Positions 1-7,385 of a DNA stretch of 14,173 nucleotides are shown here, piece after piece. The notes beneath the pieces were generated by a model that ran no database searches, was not told the origin of the DNA, and saw nothing but the letters and a program-made list of their open reading frames with translations. Position 1 is the first letter of the stretch; each line of letters begins with the position of its first letter. Made by a program: the position numbers and the translations under genes. Origin of the DNA: a plasmid; the sequence record NC_015698.1; one strand, given 5' to 3'.

Positions 1-276
1 AGGGGTTATTTATTAAAAATAGCCCCTAAACTAATTGGACAATACGTTTTTTTAGTTTCATCGCGCGTTTGTCGAAACACAAACATTTTTTGTTCATGTG
101 TGCCTTTTGCTTGTGCCGGATCAGGTAATGGCCAGTGAATACTTTTAGCTTGTGGTGGTATTACTGGACACCTACAAATAAAATTTGGCTTTTGACTATT
201 TATTAAAGAAAATTCTCAAGGTGTCTTGATGTTTCAATCTGAGTACTCCAAAATAATATTCAAATAGACAAAAAAA

Positions 277-329
277 TTGACTGACGAGTCAATAATTCGT
301 TGACTCGTCAGTCAATCGCGACTATACTG
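277..329 (+). promoter_or_regulatory. Sigma-70-like promoter (TTGACT, 18 nt, TATACT) overlapped by a nested palindromic operator: TTGACTGACGAGTCAA, TAATTCG, TTGACTCGTCAGTCAA. Likely the TetR operator for the downstream ABC operon.
   Basis: Two 16-mers at 277-292 and 300-315 are exact reverse complements of each other, separated by 7 bp. Each 16-mer has its own 5-bp inverted ends (TTGAC/GTCAA). The -35 TTGACT sits at 300-305 and the -10 TATACT at 324-329. The RBS AAGGAGG (382-388) and the ATG at 398 follow. Confidence 0.6.
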
Positions 330-397
330 GAAAAGGTTGATCAGATACCGACATATTAAAACGTGTTTCAAGTTTGACCTTAAGGAGGATGACAAAA

Positions 398-1315
398 ATG
401 ACAACAGCTATTATCGAACTTGACCATCTTCAAAAAAACTTTGGCAAGTTTGCCGCATTAAAAGATGTCAGTTTCACGTTGGCACCCGGTCAGGTTCTGG
501 GTTTTCTAGGACCTAATGGGGCCGGCAAATCCACGACCATTCGAGTTATTTTAGGCTTATTAAAAAAGAGTGGCGGCTCAGTGACCGTCTTCGGCAAAGA
601 TGCCTGGCGGGATGATGCGGCGATTCATCCACGCATCGCCTATGTTCCTGGGGACGTTTATTTATGGCCAAATCTTTCTGGCGGCGAAATTATCGACCTA
701 TTGCTACGTTTAAATGGCCGCCAGCATAATCAAAAGACCGATGAACTAATCAAGGCCTTTGAATTTGATCCGAAGAAAAAAGCTCGTACCTATTCAAAAG
801 GCAATCGTCAAAAAGTAGCGTTAATTGCTGCGTTGTCGCAAGATGCCGATTTGTATATTTTTGATGAACCCACTTCTGGGCTTGATCCATTAAATGAACA
901 GACTTTCCAGCAAGAAGTTTTAAAACTGAAAAGAGCCGGTAAAAGTGTGCTGCTATCAAGCCACATTTTGTCCGAAGTCGAGCGAATGTGTGATTCAATT
1001 GTTATCATCCGTGATGGTAGTGTGATTGAGAGCGGCAATCTTGATCAATTACGGCATCTATCGCGGATCAAAATTGAAGTCACCACCGCTACCCCAATGA
1101 CTGCTTTGGCAAAGCAAGCTGGCGTTCACGACCTCACTTATCGCGATTCCGAGCACACCAAGGCGGTTTTCACCGCTGATCGAGACGCGCTTGGCACCAT
1201 CATGACCACACTGGCCGCCAACACCGTGGTCGACATGCAATCAACGCCGCCAACGCTGGAAGATTTATTCCTGCGTTATTATGGAAAGCAAGGTGAGACT
1301 CATGCGGCACAGTAA
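398..1315 (+). CDS. ABC transporter ATP-binding protein (ABC-2 / DrrA-like exporter ATPase).
   Basis: Walker A GPNGAGKST, signature-like YSKGNRQK and Walker B LYIFDEPTSGLD. The RBS AAGGAGG lies 9 nt upstream of the ATG at 398. The ORF track starts at an upstream TTG (374), which is less likely. The stop is TAA at 1313-1315. Confidence 0.9.
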   Translation: MTTAIIELDHLQKNFGKFAALKDVSFTLAPGQVLGFLGPNGAGKSTTIRVILGLLKKSGGSVTVFGKDAWRDDAAIHPRIAYVPGDVYLWPNLSGGEIIDLLLRLNGRQHNQKTDELIKAFEFDPKKKARTYSKGNRQKVALIAALSQDADLYIFDEPTSGLDPLNEQTFQQEVLKLKRAGKSVLLSSHILSEVERMCDSIVIIRDGSVIESGNLDQLRHLSRIKIEVTTATPMTALAKQAGVHDLTYRDSEHTKAVFTADRDALGTIMTTLAANTVVDMQSTPPTLEDLFLRYYGKQGETHAAQ

Positions 1316-2918
1316 TCGGAACGCAGGTTATCTGCTTCGGGCAAACCTCAAACAAAATCTAAAATTTTCACTCATCTGGCTTGTCATTTTGATCATGATG
1401 ATTGCCAGTGGTGCTGGCAAATTGGAAGCAGACTTTGCAGGCGGGGCCTCGGGCTCTAAAGAGATTGTCAAAATGCTGCAAGCGCCGGGCATGGCGGCAA
1501 TGTTTGGCGCGATGCCAAAGGTGGACACGTATAACACAGCGATTGTGTTTGCTGGTGTGATGGTCGTCTTCATGATTATTTTGCAGGCCTTATGGGTTAT
1601 GCCGCTGATGATTCGCAACACCCGCGGTCAAGAAGAAAGTGGCTTGCTCGAAATGGTTCGCGCTCGCAATGTTGGGCGAACGGCTGCCATCACCGCCGCT
1701 TCGCTTGAGCTTCTCATCGACAGTGCCATAATGGGTATCCTCTATTTTGTCTCGTTGGCCGCTGTCAACATGGGTGGTACTGACTTGTACGGTGACTTCC
1801 TGTTTTCACTGGGGATGGTGATCGCCAACTTGCTATTCGGAGCCATTGCGTTGCTATTCGCGCAACTAACCAATAACACAGGTACAGCCAATATGTTGAG
1901 CTACATGGTGCTGACTGCCGCTTATTTGGTTCGGCTGGTCACCGATATCCAGCATCAAAATCTGACGTGGTTATCACCAATTGGTTGGTTCGAAAAAGCA
2001 AACTTCTATACTGATAACAACGTCTGGGCTTTAGGTTTGGCCTTACTGGTCAGCATTCTGCTTGCGGCCAGCGCCACCATGATTGCCCGCAACCGCGATC
2101 TGGGCGCCGGGATTATTGCTGAACGCACCGGCCGAGCCAAAGCTGCCGGCTGGCTTCGCTCGATCCCTGCCTTACTGTGGCGAACTGAGCGCAGATTATT
2201 TGCTGGGTGGTTAATCGGCGCCGTGGTGTTTGGCGGCGTCATGGGTAGTGTGCTCGGCGGCGTTGGCGACATTCTTAAAACGAATCCGCTTTATCGTAAA
2301 ATACTAGATGTTGGCCAAATCAACGCTGCCAATCAGACCATGGTCCTGTCATTCTTAGGCATGTATCTCGGCATTTTCGTCGCATTAGCCGTGACTGCTG
2401 GCGTCCAAGTGGCATTCCGACTCAAACGCGATGACAACCTTGGTTACTTGAGCGTCATTCATGCCGAAAAGCCAACGCGAACCACGATCAGTGTCAGCTA
2501 CTATTGCTTTGGTCTGCTGGCAGGCGTGTTCGTCCTTTCTGCTGGGCTGCTGGCCTTGTTCTTCACTGGGAACACTGTTCTCAGTCACCCGTTGCCGCTC
2601 AAGTACCTCGGTCGCCTATTCGTGGCTAGCGTTCCGGCTGTGATATCGTTTATCGCCCTTGGCATCGCACTAGTCGGTCTGTGGCCACGCTTAAGCAGTC
2701 TATTCTGGCTGTATATGGGAGCCGGTCTGATCGTTCAAATTTTCCGGGGATTGTTTGATTTGCCAAAACACGCAGGCAACTTCACACCTTTTGGCTGGAT
2801 TGCCAATGTACCGGTTGAAAACGTTGATCAAACATGGCTAATCGTGATGGTTGTTAGCGCTATAGTATTATTTATTCTTGGCATTGCTGGTTATCGCCGT
2901 CAGGATTTGAGCCTATGA
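1302..2918 (+). CDS. ABC-2 exporter permease, about 12 predicted TM helices. It resembles the permeases of the group annotated as putative polyketide-antibiotic exporters (COG3559-like).
   Basis: A long, hydrophobic multi-helix ORF lies directly downstream of the ATPase. The likely start is the ATG at 1302, preceded by AAGGTGAG and overlapping the ATPase stop by 14 nt. The track start at 1281 is in the same frame but lacks an SD. The stop TGA overlaps the ATG of the next gene (ATGA at 2915-2918). Confidence 0.85.
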   Translation: MRHSNRNAGYLLRANLKQNLKFSLIWLVILIMMIASGAGKLEADFAGGASGSKEIVKMLQAPGMAAMFGAMPKVDTYNTAIVFAGVMVVFMIILQALWVMPLMIRNTRGQEESGLLEMVRARNVGRTAAITAASLELLIDSAIMGILYFVSLAAVNMGGTDLYGDFLFSLGMVIANLLFGAIALLFAQLTNNTGTANMLSYMVLTAAYLVRLVTDIQHQNLTWLSPIGWFEKANFYTDNNVWALGLALLVSILLAASATMIARNRDLGAGIIAERTGRAKAAGWLRSIPALLWRTERRLFAGWLIGAVVFGGVMGSVLGGVGDILKTNPLYRKILDVGQINAANQTMVLSFLGMYLGIFVALAVTAGVQVAFRLKRDDNLGYLSVIHAEKPTRTTISVSYYCFGLLAGVFVLSAGLLALFFTGNTVLSHPLPLKYLGRLFVASVPAVISFIALGIALVGLWPRLSSLFWLYMGAGLIVQIFRGLFDLPKHAGNFTPFGWIANVPVENVDQTWLIVMVVSAIVLFILGIAGYRRQDLSL

Positions 2919-3553
2919 AAAATGTTGTGACAGATCCTGAAAAGGTCACCCGAATCCTCAAAACAGCGACGGAAATTTTCGGCCAGCAAGGCTTCATCAA
3001 GAGCAAAACCGATCAGATTGCCAACCAAGCACAAGTATCTAAGGGCTTGCTCTTCCATTATTTTGGCAATAAACAAGCGCTGTATCTTGACGCTTTCAAA
3101 TATGCCTATCATCGAATTTATGATCACATGGACCCTAAAAAGTGGCAGAATGCCCCTGGCTTGGCTGCCATGATAACCACTGCAGTTAAGTATGAGTTGA
3201 AACTACAATTCAAATTCCCAGCTGAATACCGCTTGATGATGCAAGCCTATGCTGATTTACCGCATTTTCCCGAACCGTTGCGACAACAAGTGCAGCAAGA
3301 AACAACTGCCATATCCGCTGAAACCGATCGCATTTTTCGCGAGAAAATTGAACAGCTGCCTCGTCGTGAGGGCCTGTCAGTCGATGACGTTTTCGGTGTC
3401 GTTTCTGCCTTAATCGCCCAACAAACGGCGGTCACCACCAGACTCATTGCCAGTGGCCATTATCGCAAGTTTGAAGATCTGCAGTCCGTGGTTGAGACGA
3501 TGGCACGCCAGTTATTGATTGTCGAACACGGCTTTTTACCAGATGAAAGTTGA
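2915..3553 (+). CDS. TetR/AcrR-family transcriptional regulator, in the last position of the ABC operon.
   Basis: The N-terminus carries a classic TetR HTH, TRILKTATEIFGQQGFIKSKTDQIANQAQVSKGLLFHYFGNKQALYLDAF. The start is translationally coupled to the permease stop. The operon architecture plus the palindromic operator at 277-315 fit autoregulated drug-efflux cassettes. Confidence 0.85.
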   Translation: MKNVVTDPEKVTRILKTATEIFGQQGFIKSKTDQIANQAQVSKGLLFHYFGNKQALYLDAFKYAYHRIYDHMDPKKWQNAPGLAAMITTAVKYELKLQFKFPAEYRLMMQAYADLPHFPEPLRQQVQQETTAISAETDRIFREKIEQLPRREGLSVDDVFGVVSALIAQQTAVTTRLIASGHYRKFEDLQSVVETMARQLLIVEHGFLPDES

Positions 3554-3575
3554 CGTCAGCTGATAGATCAAAAAA

Positions 3576-3613
3576 GGTCATTAGGGTATACCCTAGTGGC
3601 CGTTTTTATTTTT
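3576..3613 (+). terminator. Rho-independent terminator after the TetR gene.
   Basis: GGTCATTAGGGTA/TACCCTAGTGGCC forms an imperfect stem of about 11 bp with a perfect AGGGTATACCCT core. It is followed by GTTTTTATTTTTG. Confidence 0.5.
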
Positions 3614-3671
3614 GTGCTATACTAGGAAATACAGATGTTCATTAGAACTGTCCAAAAAAGGAGAGCTGAAA

Positions 3672-4253
3672 ATGGCTAAAATCGGTTATGCGCGTGTGAG
3701 TTCCAAGGAGCAACATTTAGATCGACAGTTAGCGGCTTTAAAAGACGTTGATAAATTATTTACGGATAAATTAAGTGGGGCTAACACTAATCGGCCAGAA
3801 CTGCAAAAAATGCTGGCCTATATTCGTGAGGGTGATATTGTAATGGTCACTGAATTAGATCGCTTAGGCAGAAACAACCATGATTTGACTAAGATCATGA
3901 ACTCCATTCAAAATAAGGGTGCCACCCTAGATGTGTTAAATTTGCCGTCCATGACAGGGATTGCTGACCCAAATTTACGTCAACTGATGACCAACTTGAT
4001 TATTGAACTCTATAAGTATCAGGCCGAAAGTGAACGTAAGCGAATCATTGAGCGCCAGCAACAAGGGATTGCCTTAGCTAAGCGGCAGGGGAAATATCAT
4101 GGGCGCAAACCCCAATATGCCAAAGATGATCCCCGTTTGCAACATGCTTTTAAGCTTTATCAGGCGGGCATGAGTGATGTAGATGTTGCTCGGAATACCG
4201 GGATCAAGCGGACAACTTTTATCAGGTATCGAAAGAAATTCGATGTGCATTGA
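3672..4253 (+). CDS. Serine recombinase, resolvase/invertase family (small Tn3-like plasmid resolvase).
   Basis: The N-terminus MAKIGYARVSSKEQ..DRQ carries the catalytic Ser motif. A C-terminal HTH (GIKRTTFIRY) is present. The RBS AAGGAGAG lies 6 nt before the ATG at 3672. An extended -10 TGcTATACT (3615-3623) sits upstream. Confidence 0.9.
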   Translation: MAKIGYARVSSKEQHLDRQLAALKDVDKLFTDKLSGANTNRPELQKMLAYIREGDIVMVTELDRLGRNNHDLTKIMNSIQNKGATLDVLNLPSMTGIADPNLRQLMTNLIIELYKYQAESERKRIIERQQQGIALAKRQGKYHGRKPQYAKDDPRLQHAFKLYQAGMSDVDVARNTGIKRTTFIRYRKKFDVH

Positions 4254-4319
4254 ACCAGTTTACATGAGATAATCAGAATAGATTAGAGGCCCTAAAGCAG
4301 GCATAAAATAATAAATACT

Positions 4320-4361
4320 CCCGAAATGTCAATTTAAATTCCCGAAATGTCAATTTAAATT
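4320..4361. repeat. Perfect 21-bp tandem direct repeat, CCCGAAATGTCAATTTAAATT x2, abutting the IS30-family element.
   Basis: Copy 1 is 4320-4340 and copy 2 is 4341-4361, read directly. Copy 2 runs into the putative IS terminal inverted repeat (TGTCAATTTAAATTAGAAAAAT). Confidence 0.85.
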
Positions 4362-5410
4362 AGAAAAATGTTGAAAGCTGTTCATCTGTGACGTGACTTA
4401 GGAATACTTCAAGTGGTGTGCGGTAGTGAAGTGACTTCCGTGGAATAGTATTTCGTTTGTGCATCAGCTGGGTGATTAGTTCATCTGGTAAATTACGGAA
4501 GTCTAATCGTTTACTGAGACCGTCACGACGTAAGATGCCATTATTGTTTTCATTCAGGCCGCGTTGATTGGGCGCTCCAACCTCCGCAAAATAAGTATGA
4601 AGGTCATGCTTATTGGCAATCTCACGCCAGCCCGCGAATTCCTTACCATTATCAAAGGTAATCGACTTAACGAAATGACGAGGCATTTTAGAAAGCCATT
4701 TATCCAAGTGATAGTTAACTGCTTCATCAGTTTTACGATGAACGTTAAGCACAATCATCACCTTAGATTGACGTTCCACCAAGGTCATGACCGCACCACG
4801 ATGAGCTTTTCCTTGAACAGTATCAGCTTCAAAGTGACCAAACTCGTGTTGGTAGTGAGGAAAATCATGGTATCGCTGGTAAATACTCCGACCGAGATGC
4901 CCCGCCTTACCACGTCGTTCGACATAGCCATTGGGGTGTCGCTTGCCTTTCATCGGTAATTGCTGGACGGCAAAATTGTACTGTCCACGAGCAAACATCC
5001 GATAAAGTGTCCGCATACTACAGCTAATTGTCCGTTCTGCTCGACCAATGATCGTATCAGGTGTCCAGCCCGCTTTAACCTGCTCATTGATGTAGCTGAT
5101 CTCATCTTTGGCTAGCTGAGCCTGCTTACGACCACAACGCTGCTTATTCCGTTGGTAAGCCTTAAGATACTGTGCAATGGTCTTACCGCTATCAAGAAAT
5201 CGATAGACTCGGTAAATAGTTTCTTGGCTTCGTTTAAGCAGTTTAGCAGCTTGATAAGCCTTCGTACCTTGGTGCCAAAAATTAGCTATGAGGGTTAGTT
5301 CACGTGTGGTAAGATGTTTATAAGTCATTTGTGATGTTCCTTTACTTTTGTTTGTGGTTATTCAAAAGTCTATCACAAATGGCTTTTTATTTTTCTAACT
5401 TAATTTTACA
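4348..5410 (-). mobile_element. IS30-family insertion sequence of about 1.06 kb. The boundaries are approximate (+/-10 bp).
   Basis: A single transposase ORF with imperfect terminal inverted repeats. The left end on the + strand reads TGTCAATTTAAATTAGAAAAAT. The reverse complement of the right end (5389-5410) reads TGTAAAATTAAGTTAGAAAAAT, a 19/22 match. The size is typical for the IS30 family. Confidence 0.7.
4360..5328 (-). CDS. IS30-family DDE transposase (322 aa).
   Basis: It has an N-terminal HTH, an HFEADTV (D) ... TFDNGKEF (D) ... NQRGLNENNNGILRR (E) catalytic triad, and the RGLNEN hallmark of IS30. It is overall very similar to lactobacillal IS30 elements of the ISLpl1 type, from memory. 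Confidence 0.85.
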   Translation of the reverse strand: MTYKHLTTRELTLIANFWHQGTKAYQAAKLLKRSQETIYRVYRFLDSGKTIAQYLKAYQRNKQRCGRKQAQLAKDEISYINEQVKAGWTPDTIIGRAERTISCSMRTLYRMFARGQYNFAVQQLPMKGKRHPNGYVERRGKAGHLGRSIYQRYHDFPHYQHEFGHFEADTVQGKAHRGAVMTLVERQSKVMIVLNVHRKTDEAVNYHLDKWLSKMPRHFVKSITFDNGKEFAGWREIANKHDLHTYFAEVGAPNQRGLNENNNGILRRDGLSKRLDFRNLPDELITQLMHKRNTIPRKSLHYRTPLEVFLSHVTDEQLSTFF

Positions 5411-6357
5411 AACGGCGAGATAAAGACGATAAAGAAATTAAAGACTTTTTCGAACAGTCGAAAGATTACTTCGCTGAAAAATTTGGTGATGAGAATATCC
5501 GCTACGCTCAAGTTCACTTAGACGAAACAACACCACATATGCACTTAGGTATTGTGCCTTTCAATGCGGAAAAGAAGTTATCAGCAAAGACTCTTTTTAA
5601 TCGTCAAGCTTTACAGGCGGTACAAGACGAATTGCCAAAGTATTTAAATGAGCGTGGTTTTGAGCTTGAACGTGGCGAAAAAGGTTCAGAGCGTAAAAAT
5701 TTAACGGTGCCTGAATATAAAAAGGCAAAGGACGAATTAAAAGAGATGACTACCACGCTGGAACAGCGAAAGTCAGAAGTTTTAGCGTTATCGAACGATA
5801 AAACACCAACAATCAACAAAGAAAGTTTAGATTTAAAAGACGAAACGAAAACGGTCAAAGTACCAAGTGGCGAAACGATTGGAATTGGTAAGTTACGTCA
5901 TGAATTTACGAAAAATGAAGAACGAAAAACAGGAAATGTGATTATCCCTGAAAGTAAATTAAATGCTTTAATACAAGGCTATGAAGATTTATATAAATCG
6001 AATGAGCAACTAAAAAAATATGCAGAAACAGATTTACCAAAAAGAATTGATTACGTAAAAGGCAAATACAAAGAGGTAGTGCGTGATTACAATGATTTGG
6101 CAGATAGATTTAATAATAATTTAGAGAAAATTGATTCGTTGGAGAAAGAGAATAAATCGCTTAAAAACGAAATTAAGGGCATTTACAGAGGTTTTAATCA
6201 GTTTATGGAAAATACCCTTGGTGCAACTGTTAGACAAGCTGAAAAGCTCATGAATAACCTTGTGAGTGAAATTAAAGAGTTTGTAAAAGGTGGAGAGTTT
6301 GAAAAAATTCATAGAAATGAAACTCGAACACGAGATAGAGATGAATTAAGTCGTTAG
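5411..6357 (+). pseudogene. 5'-truncated relaxase gene of the Mob_Pre/MobV (pMV158 MobM-like) family. The N-terminal 75-80 codons are missing because of the IS30 junction.
   Basis: The reading frame is open from immediately after the IS right end. It reads [50 protein letters not shown]..., which is the conserved HxDExTPHxH motif III region of MobM. No start codon precedes it, and there is no motif I (HxxR) or N-terminal catalytic region. The first in-frame ATG is at 5539. Confidence 0.8.
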
Positions 6358-6416
6358 AAGCTCATATTTGCGTTTTAAGGCGTTTTAAATCAATTCGAGT
6401 ATATTTACACCTGTTT

Positions 6417-6544
6417 GGTCTTTTCGTCGGCATAAGCGTTAAAAATGGCAATAGAAAAAGCAGCAAGGGCGAACGTAGTGAGTGCATTTACCCTTGCAGC
6501 TTTTTTTGTTGTCATTTAGCTTTTGTAAACCGACAGAAAAGCCA
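6417..6544. other. Candidate single-strand origin (sso, ssoA-like) of a pMV158-type rolling-circle module: a long imperfect hairpin with a nested GC-rich hairpin.
   Basis: The outer stem GGTCTTTTCGTCGG (6417-6430) pairs with CCGACAGAAAAGCC (6530-6543). The inner stem GCAAGGG (6464-6470) pairs with CCCTTGC (6491-6497). The outer stem contains CTTTTCGTCGGCATAAG, whose complement CTTATGCCGACGAAAAG resembles the ssoA RSB (TTTATGCCGAGAAAA, recalled from memory). It sits directly 3' of the mob remnant, as in pMV158. Confidence 0.4.
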
Positions 6545-6605
6545 ACAGGTATGACTGTTTACTCACTTTTCAGAGGCATGATCAAACGCATTGCGTTTGT
6601 CAGGT

Positions 6606-6628
6606 GTGGGCGGAAGCCCACGGTTTTT
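6606..6628 (+). terminator. Rho-independent terminator, GTGGGCGGAAGCCCAC then GGTTTTT.
   Basis: A perfect 6-bp GC-rich stem with a GGAA loop, followed by a T5 run. It lies between the sso-like hairpin and the 3' end of the lnu(A) gene. Confidence 0.5.
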
Positions 6629-6662
6629 AAAAGGGTTCCGAGGCTCAACGTCAATAAAGCAA

Positions 6663-7148
6663 TTATGTTATTGATTTTAAATTTTTTATATCAAAATGGT
6701 CTTTTTCTGTTAAATCATAACCAGAATGAAAAAGAAGTTGAGCTTCTTTTGAAATACATGGTATTTTTCGACCTTTGTAATTAGTTTCTGAAAACCAGTC
6801 ATTTTGGAAAACATAATTACCACCTTCTGGGTTTGCTTGGGTAATTGATCCATCATCATTTAGATTTATAGGATGAATATCTAAATACCCATATTCTTCA
6901 TGCTTGAGTTCCATTCGTGAAGGCATCCAATCAACTTCTATTTTGTATCCGATATCTTCTAATTTTTGTATAACTTTTTGAGTGTGTTGAGCGTCAAAAT
7001 CTATATCTATATCTCTGTGTTCTCTTTGTTGTTTTCCAGTTAATACATCTACCCCCCAGCCACCATCTAACCAATAAGTTACTTTCATGTGTTCAAATAA
7101 ATCTAAAATATAAAATAAATCTTTTTCTGTTACATTATTATTTTTCAT
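6663..7148 (-). CDS. lnuA: Lincosamide nucleotidyltransferase Lnu(A)/LinA (161 aa), conferring lincomycin/clindamycin resistance.
   Basis: The 161-aa product MKNNNVTEKDLFYILDLFEHMKVTYWLDGGWGVDVLTGKQQREHRDIDIDF...NLKSIT matches my recollection of staphylococcal LinA/Lnu(A) almost residue for residue. The RBS AGGAGGG lies before the ATG. The gene is markedly AT-rich compared with its neighbours. Confidence 0.85.
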   Translation of the reverse strand: MKNNNVTEKDLFYILDLFEHMKVTYWLDGGWGVDVLTGKQQREHRDIDIDFDAQHTQKVIQKLEDIGYKIEVDWMPSRMELKHEEYGYLDIHPINLNDDGSITQANPEGGNYVFQNDWFSETNYKGRKIPCISKEAQLLFHSGYDLTEKDHFDIKNLKSIT

Positions 7149-7385
7149 TTTATCCCTCCTAACTTGGGAATTTGAAACGAGTTGAAAACGAGTTTCTTCT
7201 TGTCTTGATACTATATAGAAACAACTACATTTTTATAATAACTAAATAAATGCTGATATAACAGTGTTTTTAGATGTTTTTTGTTAAAAAAGGTTGAAAA
7301 CAAAAAACTCTGGGGGAGATTTTGAAAAAAATCGACCAACTTCTGGGGGGTACTACGACAGGTCCTGGGCAGGGAGGGTAGCCTA

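Noticed and set aside
60-130. A possible 23-aa peptide on the minus strand (MNKKCLCFDKRAMKLKKRIVQLV) with an AAAGG RBS, followed by the 1-27 hairpin.
   Set aside because: It is too short, has no leader or double-glycine motif, and is cut by the window edge, so it cannot be supported.
750-1240. Minus-strand ORFs of 60-82 aa inside the ABC ATPase gene.
   Set aside because: They are fully antisense to a well-supported gene, have no RBS and no motifs. Treated as frame artefacts.
1328-2643. Short ORFs on both strands inside the permease gene.
   Set aside because: They are nested in or antisense to the permease, and their composition mirrors the host gene.
2900-3447. Minus-strand ORFs overlapping the TetR gene.
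   Set aside because: Antisense artefacts inside a gene with a clear HTH.
4320-4361. The 21-bp tandem repeat considered as CRISPR or as iterons.
   Set aside because: There are only two abutting copies with no spacers and no rep gene. It is better explained as a junction duplication at the IS end.
4554-4959. ORFs of 66 and 131 aa overlapping the IS30 transposase on both strands.
   Set aside because: The IS30 family encodes a single transposase. These have no RBS and no motifs.
6482-6784. A 100-aa + strand ORF spanning the sso-like hairpin and the 3' end of lnu(A).
   Set aside because: It runs through a structured non-coding element and antisense into lnu(A). It is hydrophobic low-complexity and has no RBS.
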